A stretch of DNA of 24,000 nt from Aliivibrio sp. S4MY1 (GTDB taxonomy: Bacteria; Pseudomonadota; Gammaproteobacteria; Enterobacterales; Vibrionaceae). The notes under the pieces are model-generated. The model was not told the DNA's origin and searched no databases. It was given only the letters and a program-made list of their open reading frames with translations. Position numbers and translations under genes: made by a program. Of the stretch, positions 8,656 through 17,805 are shown in pieces. The stretch lies in NCBI RefSeq assembly GCF_028765545.1, contig NZ_JARACP010000003.1, forward strand, positions 57,468-81,467, written 5' to 3'. The stretch's first letter is position 1, and every line of letters begins with the position of its first letter.

Positions 8656-9957
8656 TTAAAGAATAATACCGCCGAATACAAAACCTAGTGCAACCGAAGT
8701 TGTAATCGTAGCAACACCCGGAATGAAGAATGGGTGGTTAAATACAAGATTACCAATACGTGTTGAACCTGTGTCATCCATTTCAACCGCAGCAAGTAGC
8801 GTAGGGTAAGTTGGAAGAACGAACAGTGCGCTTACTGCCGCAAAAGAAGCAACCGCAGTAATTGGTGCAACACCAATTGCTAGTGCAGCAGGCATTAGAG
8901 CCGTTGTTGTTGCGCCTTGAGAGTAAAGAAGCATAGAGGCAAAGAATAAAACAATCGCTAGCATCCACGGGTATTGTGCAAGGATCTCAGCTGAGAACTC
9001 TTTGATTTCACCAATGTGAGAAGACACAAACGTATCACCAAGCCACGCAACACCAAGCACACACACACAAGCACTCATGCCTGATTTGAATGTCGCAGCA
9101 TTAGCAATTTTAGACGCATCAATTTTAGTGAACGTCACGATAGCAGCAGCTGCGGTTAGCATTAATGTCATAATAGCTTCGTTACGACCAATAGTTGGGT
9201 GTTCAATAAGACCAACACTGCCACTGATCATCGTTGCATAAGCAACAACAGCAACAATTGCCACACAGAAAATGTAAACAGACGCTTTTGCCGTTGGTAA
9301 GATTTCACGTTTACCTTCGCCATTCATCTTAATTAGGCCTTTTGCAAGACGCTCTTGATAAACAGCATCATCTTTCAGCTCACAGCCTAGGAAGTTAGCA
9401 ACGAATGCACCAACCATACACGCTAGGAATGTTGATGGAATACATACTGCTAATAGCGTTAGATAATCCACACCTAGAGGCTCAAGGATACCAGAGAAGA
9501 AAACAACCGCCGCTGAGATTGGAGATGCAGTGATTGCAATTTGAGAAGCAACAACAGCGATAGAAAGTGGGCGAGAAGGACGAACACCTTGTTCTTTAGC
9601 AACTTCAGCAATAACAGGAAGCGTAGAGAATGCAGTGTGACCGGTACCTGCTAGCATCGTCATGAAATAAGTCACGATTGGTGCGTAGAAAGTAATGCGT
9701 TTTGGATTTTTACGTAAGAATTTTTCTGCTAGGTCAACCAACCAATCCATACCACCAGCCACTTGCATAGCAGCAATCGCAGTGATAACAGACATGATGA
9801 TTAAAATAACGTCGATAGGGATAGAACCAGCGTCTAGACCTAAGATCATGGTAAGAACAAGTACGCCCGCACCACCCGCAAAACCGATACCGATACCGCC
9901 AATACGTGCACCTAAATAGATGAACAGTAGTACGACGAGAAGCTGTACAGCAACCAT
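8656..9957 (-). CDS. dcuA: Anaerobic C4-dicarboxylate transporter DcuA
   Basis: 433 aa polytopic membrane protein of the Dcu family. Lies directly downstream of aspA, as in E. coli aspA-dcuA. RBS GGAG. Confidence 0.9.
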   Translation of the reverse strand: MVAVQLLVVLLFIYLGARIGGIGIGFAGGAGVLVLTMILGLDAGSIPIDVILIIMSVITAIAAMQVAGGMDWLVDLAEKFLRKNPKRITFYAPIVTYFMTMLAGTGHTAFSTLPVIAEVAKEQGVRPSRPLSIAVVASQIAITASPISAAVVFFSGILEPLGVDYLTLLAVCIPSTFLACMVGAFVANFLGCELKDDAVYQERLAKGLIKMNGEGKREILPTAKASVYIFCVAIVAVVAYATMISGSVGLIEHPTIGRNEAIMTLMLTAAAAIVTFTKIDASKIANAATFKSGMSACVCVLGVAWLGDTFVSSHIGEIKEFSAEILAQYPWMLAIVLFFASMLLYSQGATTTALMPAALAIGVAPITAVASFAAVSALFVLPTYPTLLAAVEMDDTGSTRIGNLVFNHPFFIPGVATITTSVALGFVFGGIIL

Positions 9958-10078
9958 ATATAACTCCAGTGTTTAAATTTAAAATAATTATTCAGATTTT
10001 TATTGGACAGCTATATACAGCAAACCAATAAAAGTATGAATGATTACTTAGTTTTTTTTGATTAAAAATTAGGACGAT

Positions 10079-10111
10079 AAAAAAAGCGAGCTTCAGTGAG
10101 CTCGCTATTTT
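10079..10111 (-). terminator. Rho-independent terminator after aspA
   Basis: AGCGAGCT (10085-10092) pairs with AGCTCGCT (10099-10106). The A7 run on the plus strand gives a T-run on the minus strand downstream of the stem. Confidence 0.7.
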
Positions 10112-10123
10112 AGGTGTTACGGA

Positions 10124-11572
10124 TTAATCGTAACGTTTTGCTTTGTATTCAGGATGCATCAGGTTCTCTACAGAGAAGATGTCATCTAATTGTTCTTCTG
10201 TTAGAAGACCACGTTCAAGAACTACATCACGAACGTTTTTACCTGTTTCAGCACAAATCTTACCAACAATGTCACCTTCGTGGTGGCCAATGAATGGGTT
10301 TAGATAAGTAACGATACCGATAGAGTTAAATACGTGAGCTTCACATACTTCTTTGTTCACAGTGATGCCATCGATGCATTTGTCACGTAGGTTCACACAG
10401 GCATTTTTCAAGATGTCGATAGATTCGAACAGTGCTTGGCCAATTACTGGTTCCATTACGTTTAATTGCAGTTGGCCCGCTTCAGCAGCGAAAGTCACTG
10501 TAATATCGTTACCAATTACTTTGAAACATACTTGGTTAACTACTTCTGGGATTACTGGGTTAACTTTTGCAGGCATGATTGAAGAACCAGCTTGAAGCTC
10601 TGGAAGGTTCAATTCATTTAGACCAGCACGAGGACCAGAAGAAAGAAGACGTAAGTCATTACAAATTTTAGACATTTTAACCGCAGTACGTTTTAGCGCA
10701 CCGTGGATCATTACGTAAGCACCACAGTCAGATGTTGCTTCGATTAAATCTTCAGCTGCAACACATGGTAGACCAGTTACTTCAGATAGGTGGCGAACTG
10801 CTGCTTCTTGGTAACCTGTCGCTGCGTTTAAGCCAGTACCGATTGCCGTAGCACCAATGTTCACTTCTAATAGAAGTTGTGCTGTGTAGTGAAGGTTTTT
10901 CACTTCTTCTTGAAGCAAAACACCCCAAGCGTGGAATTCTTGGCCAACCGTCATTGGAACGGCATCTTGAAGTTGAGTACGACCCATCTTCAGAATGTTA
11001 CGGAATTCTTGATCTTTAAGATCGAATGCGCCTTTTAGGTATTCAATCGCTTCGATCAGTTTCATCATGCTGTTGTATACCGCAATACGGAAACCTGTTG
11101 GGTATGCACAGTTAGTTGATTGAGAACGGTTAACGTGATCATTAGGGTTAATGATATCGTATTCGCCTTTCTCTTTACCCATTAGTTCAAGGGCAACGTT
11201 AGCAATAACTTCGTTAGCATTCATGTTAACTGAAGTACCAGCACCGCCTTGGTAAACATCTGATGGGAATTGATCCATACACTTGCCAGTTTCAAGAATT
11301 AAATCACATGCTTTGATGATGTACTCACCAACTTGTGAAGGGATAGCACCTAATTCTTTGTTAGCTAAAGCGGCTGCTTTTTTAGTGTAGATCATGCCAC
11401 GAACAAACTCAGGAACATCAGAAATAGTTACATTTGAAATGTTGAAGTTTTCCATAGCGCGAAGAGTGTGAATACCGTAGTAAGCTTCAGAAGGAACATG
11501 ACGTTCACCTAGCAAATCTTCTTCAATACGAGTTGCAGTATTCGTTTTTTCTAAATCAAGCATCTGAGTCAT
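10124..11572 (-). CDS. aspA: Aspartate ammonia-lyase
   Basis: 482 aa, near-colinear with E. coli AspA. Contains the [15 protein letters not shown] signature. Confidence 0.95.
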   Translation of the reverse strand: MTQMLDLEKTNTATRIEEDLLGERHVPSEAYYGIHTLRAMENFNISNVTISDVPEFVRGMIYTKKAAALANKELGAIPSQVGEYIIKACDLILETGKCMDQFPSDVYQGGAGTSVNMNANEVIANVALELMGKEKGEYDIINPNDHVNRSQSTNCAYPTGFRIAVYNSMMKLIEAIEYLKGAFDLKDQEFRNILKMGRTQLQDAVPMTVGQEFHAWGVLLQEEVKNLHYTAQLLLEVNIGATAIGTGLNAATGYQEAAVRHLSEVTGLPCVAAEDLIEATSDCGAYVMIHGALKRTAVKMSKICNDLRLLSSGPRAGLNELNLPELQAGSSIMPAKVNPVIPEVVNQVCFKVIGNDITVTFAAEAGQLQLNVMEPVIGQALFESIDILKNACVNLRDKCIDGITVNKEVCEAHVFNSIGIVTYLNPFIGHHEGDIVGKICAETGKNVRDVVLERGLLTEEQLDDIFSVENLMHPEYKAKRYD

Positions 11573-12002
11573 AGTAAGCCTTTAAGGTTCTATATTTTAA
11601 TTATTGGATTCTGTCCAAGTGATCATATCTGCGAGTAGAGTCCGTTCGTCAGAGGGTGATCAATATCGTACCTGATGCCTTGTTTTAACGTCATCATACA
11701 CCTCTTTAGTGGTAAAAGTGTTAAGTTGATCACTTTTTAAGTCTAGTTTTTGCAAAATATTTCAAATTGAGATAATGCTCTCACTAGTTGTTAATATATT
11801 TACTTTGTAGGTTATATAACTGCTAATCGAGTTAATGAATTTGATGGCTGTTTACACTCTTTTACAGAAGATTTTCTTGAAAAATGAGGGGATGTGCCGC
11901 ATCTATCATAATAGAGAGAGAAAAAGTGGTTCGCAGAGAATGCCTGCTACACTAAATGAAGCGAAAAGTGAAAGTTCGTATCAAATCTAATCGAGGTATA
12001 TT

Positions 12003-12536
12003 GTGTTTCCTATTTTATTATTATTGTTTATTTTTGTTCCCATTATTGAAATTGCGCTGTTTGTGCAAGTAGGGGGCATGTTAGGGATGTGGCCAACACT
12101 TGGATTAGTATTGATCACCGCTTTTGTTGGTGCGTCATTAGTCCGTAGCCAAGGCATTCAGACTCTAATGTCAGTGCAATCAAAATTACAACAAGGTGAA
12201 TTACCTGCACAGCAAATAGTAGAAGGTGTCATGCTTGCCGTTGCTGGTGTGTTATTGCTTGTTCCTGGTTTTATGACTGATGCATTAGGTATGCTGGTAT
12301 TGCTTCCAGCACCGAGAGCGTATTTAGCTAAACAGCTAATGAGCCGTGTAAAAGTAAATGGCATGGGAGCATCACAGGGTGGTTTTCATGCAGGGTTTGG
12401 TGGTGGCTTTGATCAAAATGGTCCGTTTAATCAAGGTAACCCATTTGATCGTACAAACCAGAATGATCAACAAGGCGATGTATTTGAAGGTGAGTTTCAA
12501 CGTAAAGAAGACGATCCAAATAAAACCTTAAAATAA
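12003..12536 (+). CDS. fxsA: FxsA family inner-membrane protein
   Basis: The N-terminus (PIIEIALFVQVGG...LVPGFMTDALG) is typical of FxsA. Divergent from aspA, as in E. coli. GTG start 6 nt after GAGG. The C-terminal tail is low-complexity and rich in G, N and Q. Confidence 0.85.
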   Translation: MFPILLLLFIFVPIIEIALFVQVGGMLGMWPTLGLVLITAFVGASLVRSQGIQTLMSVQSKLQQGELPAQQIVEGVMLAVAGVLLLVPGFMTDALGMLVLLPAPRAYLAKQLMSRVKVNGMGASQGGFHAGFGGGFDQNGPFNQGNPFDRTNQNDQQGDVFEGEFQRKEDDPNKTLK

Positions 12537-12570
12537 TCTCGCTTTAATATTTTAACGTTTAGAAAGATAA

Positions 12571-12666
12571 GAATTCAGATCGGTCGCAAGCTCCCTTAAA
12601 GGACTCAGATTGATCGCAGTTATTACTGCGATCATCTCTGAATTCTGCGAGCGAAGCGATCTGAAC
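12571..12666. repeat. Structured imperfect-palindromic intergenic element (function unknown)
   Basis: Central perfect hairpin GATCGCAGT-TATT-ACTGCGATC (12612-12633). Outer arm GAATTCAGA (12571-12579) pairs with TCTGAATTC (12637-12645). The related motif TCAGAT(C/T)G occurs three times (12575, 12605, and inverted at 12656-12666). There are four GATC sites. Confidence 0.5.
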
Positions 12667-12704
12667 TCTATTCATAATTGTTATTTTAGCAAATCACTAA
12701 ACTA

Positions 12705-13850
12705 CTAACGCCTTAACCAAGAGCGTGGGTTTTGTGCCTTACTGTTACGGCGGATCTCAAAGTAAAGTGAAGGTCTGTCTTGACCGCCACTGTCACCAAC
12801 AACCGCAATCGTCTCTCCTGCTTGCACCTTATCGCCTTCTTTCTTCATTAAGCTTTGGTTGTAGCCATAAAGTGTCATATCACCTTTACCGTGATCGATT
12901 AACACCATTAAGCCATAGCCTCGTAACCAATCAGCAAAAACGACCTTACCAGAATCAACGGCTTTTACTGGTGTACCGTATTCACTGGCTAGCACCATAC
13001 CTTTCCAAGTGAGCTGCCCTGTTTGTTTTGTTCCAAAACTATGAAGTGTTTTGGCATTGCTAATAGGCCAAGGTAAACGCCCTTTTTGACGAGCAATACC
13101 ATCCATAGGTACATTGTTACTTGCTTTCGCTTTTGCGATGGCAACTTTTAAGCGTTTTTCATTTTGCTGCAGTTCATTTAAGTAACCATTTTCATTTGAA
13201 ATGCGTTTTTTGATACTGGAAACGGTTTTCTTACGTTTGTTTTGTGATGTTTGCAGTGTGGTTTTTTCTTGCTTGTATTGAGTTAATAACTCACTTTGTC
13301 GTTGTTGCTGTTTAAGAAGAGAGACTTCTTTTTCTCTCAGCTGCATCGTTGTGAATTCTAATTGAGAAATCGCACCCACTCGGGCTTCAGAAATACGTTG
13401 GGCGTATTGTGTCATGCGATCGATTTTAGTGACCTCATCGCCGCTGAGTACATTAGAAAGTTGATTATTGCGACTTATTAAGTAGTAATTGACGAGTAAG
13501 TCTTTTAGTACTTCGGTCTGTTCAATTTGTTGTTGAGTAAGTTCTGATTGTTGCTGTTTTAATTCGGTTATCGAGCGTTTTACTGCCTCTAGTTCTCGCT
13601 CTGCATTGCGCGCTTTTTTGGAGGCGTTAGCAATAGATAGTTCGTGCTTTTTAAGACTAGATTGAAGACTTGATAGCTCTTTTTTCTGTTTACTTAATAC
13701 TGAGCTCTGACGAGATATTTCTTGTTTCATTCCTTTTAATTCAGCGTCATTCGCATGAGCGATAAGAGGAAGTGCAAATGTCAGGCACACGATCGCGGTC
13801 GTAAGAAATTTACGACTAGGAATAGGCTTATTAAAAAAGGATATATTCAT
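12705..13850 (-). CDS. envC: Murein hydrolase activator EnvC (coiled-coil plus degenerate LytM/M23 domain)
   Basis: Signal peptide (...LIAHA), then a long Q/E/K-rich coiled-coil. The C-terminal LytM domain has SLYFEIR where active M23 enzymes have HLHFE. That loss of catalytic residues is the pattern expected for EnvC. Confidence 0.85.
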   Translation of the reverse strand: MNISFFNKPIPSRKFLTTAIVCLTFALPLIAHANDAELKGMKQEISRQSSVLSKQKKELSSLQSSLKKHELSIANASKKARNAERELEAVKRSITELKQQQSELTQQQIEQTEVLKDLLVNYYLISRNNQLSNVLSGDEVTKIDRMTQYAQRISEARVGAISQLEFTTMQLREKEVSLLKQQQRQSELLTQYKQEKTTLQTSQNKRKKTVSSIKKRISNENGYLNELQQNEKRLKVAIAKAKASNNVPMDGIARQKGRLPWPISNAKTLHSFGTKQTGQLTWKGMVLASEYGTPVKAVDSGKVVFADWLRGYGLMVLIDHGKGDMTLYGYNQSLMKKEGDKVQAGETIAVVGDSGGQDRPSLYFEIRRNSKAQNPRSWLRR

Positions 13851-14072
13851 CGCTGCATTATTTCAGATAGAGTGAGTTCTGACTAGATAGAGTTTTTATT
13901 TGGTCTCAATTGTAAAACCAATATCACAGCATTTTTGTTGTTCTTATCAGTTTTTTTATCCTCGCTAGTCTCCGAACAAACCCTAGGGTATACTTTCGAC
14001 TTCATTTTAGAGCCCATGGTAACTGACATCGTCTAATGGCATGTGGTTATCCAAAAATCAGAGATAAAGAAT

Positions 14073-14510
14073 ATGGAAACGTCAATCATCGATTTTGTAA
14101 CCAATAACATGATTTTAGCTGTTGTGTGGATTGGTATTGTTGTTGCGTTGATTCAAAACGTAGTAAAACAAAAAACGGCAGGCTACCAAGAAGTGGATCC
14201 TTCACAAGCAACAACACTAATGAACCGTGAAGATGCGATTGTGTTAGATATTCGCTCTAAAGATGAGTTTAAATCAGGCCATATTACGGGTGCTCGTCAC
14301 ATTTTACCAAGTGATATTAAAGCCGGTAACCTAGCTGGTCTTGAAAACTCAAAAACAACCCCAATTATTGTGGTATGTAAAACAGGCCAAACCGCTCAAG
14401 CATCAGCAAATGATCTGCATAAAGAAGGTTTTGAGCAAGTTAAATTGCTTAAGAATGGCCTAATCTCTTGGAATGAAGCTAACTTACCGTTAGTAAAAGG
14501 CAAAAAGTAA
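14073..14510 (+). CDS. yibN: Rhodanese-domain inner-membrane protein, YibN-like
   Basis: Aligns by eye with E. coli YibN: an N-terminal TM segment, then LINKEDAVVVD.R...F..GHI.G. The ORF track starts at GTG 14043. ATG 14073 matches the E. coli N-terminus. Confidence 0.8.
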   Translation: METSIIDFVTNNMILAVVWIGIVVALIQNVVKQKTAGYQEVDPSQATTLMNREDAIVLDIRSKDEFKSGHITGARHILPSDIKAGNLAGLENSKTTPIIVVCKTGQTAQASANDLHKEGFEQVKLLKNGLISWNEANLPLVKGKK

Positions 14511-14544
14511 TTGCCCATTTCATAAGCAACTGATTCATTTTGAT

Positions 14545-14574
14545 GTGATATCTGGCCCATTTTTTAGATATCAC
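14545..14574. other. Perfect 9-bp inverted repeat with a 12-nt spacer between yibN and secB
   Basis: GTGATATCT (14545-14553) and AGATATCAC (14566-14574). The T6 run sits inside the loop, and there is no T-tract after the stem on either strand. Confidence 0.5.
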
Positions 14575-14639
14575 GAATGCAGAGTAATATCACAGCGTTA
14601 TTCTGCATTCATACATACATATATAGAAAGGACTTTCCC

Positions 14640-15110
14640 ATGGCTGAAGCAGCACAACAAGAGCAACAAAACTTTGCAATTCAACGTATCTTCCTAAAAG
14701 ACGTATCTTTTGAGGCTCCTAACTCTCCAACTATGTTCCAAAAAGAGTGGAATCCAGATGTTAAACTGGACCTTGATACTCAAAGCCGTGAACTAGGCGA
14801 AGGTGTTTACGAAGTCGTTCTACGTTTAACTGTTACGGTTAAGAACGAAGAAGAAACGGCATTCCTTTGTGAAGTTCAACAAGGTGGTATCTTTACTGCT
14901 GGCCAAATGGAAGAAGCTCAACTAGCACATTGTCTAGGTGCATTCTGCCCGAACATTCTGTTCCCATATGCTCGTGAAACGATCTCTAGCCTAGTGGTTA
15001 AAGGTACGTTCCCACAATTGAACCTTGCACCAGTTAACTTTGACGCATTGTTCATGAATTACCTACAAAACCAAGCTCAAGAAAACGCAGCTGCGCCTTC
15101 TGAAGCTTAA
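14640..15110 (+). CDS. secB: Protein-export chaperone SecB
   Basis: [19 protein letters not shown]...[11 protein letters not shown] is SecB throughout. ATG 14640 is preceded by AGAAAGGA. The ORF-track start at 14577 is an upstream extension. Confidence 0.95.
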   Translation: MAEAAQQEQQNFAIQRIFLKDVSFEAPNSPTMFQKEWNPDVKLDLDTQSRELGEGVYEVVLRLTVTVKNEEETAFLCEVQQGGIFTAGQMEEAQLAHCLGAFCPNILFPYARETISSLVVKGTFPQLNLAPVNFDALFMNYLQNQAQENAAAPSEA

Positions 15111-15150
15111 TAATGAATAGCCTTGCGCTATTGATTAATTTGTAGAGAAT

Positions 15151-15222
15151 AAATGCACTTTTTTATCTAAGATAGTTTCTATACTGAATATAGAAATTAA
15201 ATTTTGATAAAAAGTGCATTTT
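15151..15222 (+). other. Nested AT-rich hairpin in the secB-gpsA spacer; possible secB terminator or attenuator
   Basis: The outer stem pairs AAATGCACTTTTTTATC (15151-15167) with GATAAAAAGTGCATTT (15206-15221): about 16 bp with a 1-nt bulge. The inner stem pairs TTTCTATA (15176-15183) with TATAGAAA (15189-15196). TTGCTTTTATT follows. Confidence 0.4.
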
Positions 15223-15269
15223 GCTTTTATTACTCTAGTATCCTTTGATACTTGTTTTGGATGGTCACA

Positions 15270-16292
15270 ATGACAACACAAACCGATTACTCTGATATTT
15301 CCATGACCGTACTTGGTGCTGGCTCATACGGAACTTCTCTTGCTATCTCTCTTGCTCGTAATGGCGCAAAAGTGATTTTATGGGGTCATGAAGAATCACA
15401 TATAGCTCGCCTTGAAGCCGATCGTGCTAATGAAGAGTTTTTGCCGGGTGTTGCTTTCCCACCGTCATTAATCATGTCTACGGATCTTGAAAAATCAGTG
15501 CAAGCAAGTCGCGATTTACTGGTTGTAGTTCCAAGTCATGTTTTTGGTTTGGTACTAGGTAATGTAAAACCATTCTTACGTGATGATTCTCGTATATGTT
15601 GGGCGACAAAAGGACTAGAGCCTGAAACAGGTCGTTTATTAAAAGAAGTGGCAGTAGAAGCGTTAGGTGAATCTCATTCACTGGCTGTGCTTTCTGGACC
15701 TACTTTTGCTAAAGAACTTGCATCTGGTATGCCAACGGCGATTGCTGTTGCGTCTCCTGACCAAGAGTTTGTTAAAGATTTACAAGAAAAAATCCACTGC
15801 TCTAAAACATTCCGTGTTTATGCCAATAACGATTTTACTGGAATGCAATTAGGCGGAGCAGTGAAGAACGTAATCGCTATTGGTGCGGGTATGTCTGATG
15901 GTATTGGCTTTGGTGCTAATGCTCGTACTGCATTAATTACCCGTGGTTTGGCTGAAATGACTCGTTTAGGCGTGGCTTTAGGCGCAGAAGCTGAAACCTT
16001 TATGGGGATGGCTGGCTTAGGTGATTTAGTGTTAACGTGTACCGATAACCAATCTCGTAACCGTCGTTTTGGTTTGGCTTTAGGTCAAGGCGGTGATGTA
16101 GATAGCGCTCAAGCAGAAATTGGTCAAGTGGTTGAAGGGTATCGCAATACCAAAGAAGTATGGCTACTTGCTGATCGTATGGGTGTTGAAATGCCTATAG
16201 TTGAGCAAATTTATCAAGTATTGTATCAAGGAAAAGATGCAAGAGTTGCTGCGCAGGACTTATTAGCGCGAGATAAGAAATCAGAATCGTAA
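15270..16292 (+). CDS. gpsA: NAD(P)H-dependent glycerol-3-phosphate dehydrogenase
   Basis: Near-colinear with E. coli GpsA ([11 protein letters not shown]...[16 protein letters not shown]...[10 protein letters not shown]). Start is uncertain: ATG 15270 (GGATGG 5 nt upstream) preferred, with ATG 15261 or TTG 15252 as alternatives. Confidence 0.93.
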   Translation: MTTQTDYSDISMTVLGAGSYGTSLAISLARNGAKVILWGHEESHIARLEADRANEEFLPGVAFPPSLIMSTDLEKSVQASRDLLVVVPSHVFGLVLGNVKPFLRDDSRICWATKGLEPETGRLLKEVAVEALGESHSLAVLSGPTFAKELASGMPTAIAVASPDQEFVKDLQEKIHCSKTFRVYANNDFTGMQLGGAVKNVIAIGAGMSDGIGFGANARTALITRGLAEMTRLGVALGAEAETFMGMAGLGDLVLTCTDNQSRNRRFGLALGQGGDVDSAQAEIGQVVEGYRNTKEVWLLADRMGVEMPIVEQIYQVLYQGKDARVAAQDLLARDKKSES

Positions 16293-16304
16293 TTCAAGGA
16301 TGGT

Positions 16305-17132
16305 ATGAAAATGAAAGAATGTAAAAAACACCAAGTATGGGAGTGCATTGTTCGAGAAGCGCGTGAGCAGTCAGAACAAGAACCTATGCTTGCAAGCTTT
16401 TATCATGCCACCATCATAAAACATGAAAACCTTGCTGCAGCATTAAGTTATATTTTAGCGAATAAGTTGGCGACAGCCTCTATGCCTGCAATGGCAGTTC
16501 GTGAAGTGGTAGAGGAAGCATTTGCTTCTGATCCTTCTCTTACCGATGCGGCTGCGTGCGATATTTGCGCGACTGTGACTCGAGATCCTGCGGTTTCTAT
16601 GTACTCAATGCCTTTATTGTATTTAAAAGGCTATCACGCACTGCAAGGGTATCGTGTATCTAACTGGCTTTGGAAGCAAGGTCGTGTTGCATTAGCGACG
16701 TATCTGCAAAATGAAATTTCTGTTGCTTGTCAGGTGGATGTGCATCCTGCGGCGACCATTGGTAAAGGGATCATGTTTGACCATGCGACGGGCATCGTCA
16801 TTGGTGAAACGGCCGTGGTTGAGAATGATGTTTCTATTCTGCAAGATGTGACACTCGGTGGTACGGGTAAAGAGTGTGGCGATCGTCACCCTAAGATCCG
16901 TGAAGGCGTTATGATCGGTGCGGGTGCGAAGATTTTAGGTAATATTGAAGTGGGTGTTGGTGCTAAGATTGGTTCGTGCTCTGTGGTTCTGCAAGCCGTC
17001 CCTCCACATACTACGGTTGCCGGTGTTCCTGCTAAAATTGTTGGGCGCCCTAGCTCTGAAATGCCATCGCTCGATATGGACCAACAGTTTAATGGTAAGT
17101 CACAAACGTTTATGTCTGGTGATGGAATTTAA
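16305..17132 (+). CDS. cysE: Serine O-acetyltransferase
   Basis: Near-colinear with E. coli CysE (EPMLASFYHAT...DRHPKIREGVMIGAGAKILGNIEVG...GDGI). Confidence 0.95.
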   Translation: MKMKECKKHQVWECIVREAREQSEQEPMLASFYHATIIKHENLAAALSYILANKLATASMPAMAVREVVEEAFASDPSLTDAAACDICATVTRDPAVSMYSMPLLYLKGYHALQGYRVSNWLWKQGRVALATYLQNEISVACQVDVHPAATIGKGIMFDHATGIVIGETAVVENDVSILQDVTLGGTGKECGDRHPKIREGVMIGAGAKILGNIEVGVGAKIGSCSVVLQAVPPHTTVAGVPAKIVGRPSSEMPSLDMDQQFNGKSQTFMSGDGI

Positions 17133-17155
17133 TATATCCCATTCCTTATGCGTAT

Positions 17156-17185
17156 AAAAATAGCCACTATTGAGTGGCTATTTTT
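17156..17185. terminator. Bidirectional terminator (cysE and trmL converge here)
   Basis: A5, TAGCCACT (17161-17168), ATTG loop, AGTGGCTA (17173-17180), T5. Confidence 0.8.
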
Positions 17186-17209
17186 GTATTTGAGCTATGA
17201 GCTTTGGAA

Positions 17210-17689
17210 TTATAACCCGCCTTCAAATCCCATTTGACGCCACGCTTCAAATACGATGATAGCAACAGAGTTTGATAAGTTTAAACTGCGGCTGTCTGGC
17301 ATCATAGGAATTCGAACACGTTGTTCCATTGGTAAGCCATCAATTAAATCAGCGGGCAATCCACGAGTCTCTGGGCCGAATAACAACACATCTCCCTTTT
17401 GATAGCTTGGAGTGGTGTGATGGCCTGTCGTTTTGGTTGTGCAGGCAAAGATACGGTGTTCACCTTCACTTTCATTTTCTAAATAATCAAGAAAGGCAGC
17501 GTAATCTTTATGACGTTTTACATGGGTTAACTCATGATAATCTAACCCTGCTCGGCGAAGTTTTTTCTCTTCTAAATCGAATCCTAATGGTTCAATTAAA
17601 TGCAGATTTGCACCACAGTTAGCAGACAGGCGAATGATGTTACCCGTATTTGGGGCGATTTCAGGTTCGTACAACGCAATATCAAACAT
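17210..17689 (-). CDS. trmL: tRNA (cytidine/uridine-2'-O)-methyltransferase TrmL (SpoU family)
   Basis: [26 protein letters not shown]...LNLSNSVAI matches TrmL/YibK, and the roughly 159-aa size matches too. The ORF-track start at 17791 is an extension arising from an ATG inside an upstream palindrome. Confidence 0.9.
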   Translation of the reverse strand: MFDIALYEPEIAPNTGNIIRLSANCGANLHLIEPLGFDLEEKKLRRAGLDYHELTHVKRHKDYAAFLDYLENESEGEHRIFACTTKTTGHHTTPSYQKGDVLLFGPETRGLPADLIDGLPMEQRVRIPMMPDSRSLNLSNSVAIIVFEAWRQMGFEGGL

Positions 17690-17764
17690 AGTGAACTCTT
17701 GAATAACGGAAAGTAAACTCAGTATATCTAATTGATAGGTATCGGGGTAGAGCATACGAGTAAC

Positions 17765-17794
17765 AACATGGCTTACTTTGAGATAAGCCATGTT
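17765..17794 (-). other. 11-bp perfect hairpin just downstream of the cpxA stop; possible terminator or RNA-stability element
   Basis: AACATGGCTTA (17765-17775) pairs with TAAGCCATGTT (17784-17794), 8-nt loop. No clear U-tract follows on the minus strand. Confidence 0.4.
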
Positions 17795-17805
17795 GTGACA
17801 AGTTA

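Noticed and set aside
11725-11740. Possible FNR box TTGATCACTTTTTA upstream of aspA
   Set aside because: Only the left half-site matches TTGAT-N4-ATCAA. The right half (TTTTA) is poor. I did not call it as a feature.
3949-17622. Other short antisense or overlapping ORFs in the track: 3949..4143, 5353..5550, 5833..6021, 7303..7572, 8783..8968, 9695..9919, 10353..10595, 12158..12364, 12725..13012, 15478..15681, 15667..15852, 16692..16889, 16945..17157, 17329..17622
   Set aside because: Each lies within or overlaps a well-supported gene, on the opposite strand or in another frame. They have low-complexity or Cys/Arg-rich translations and no start context. I treat them as non-coding.
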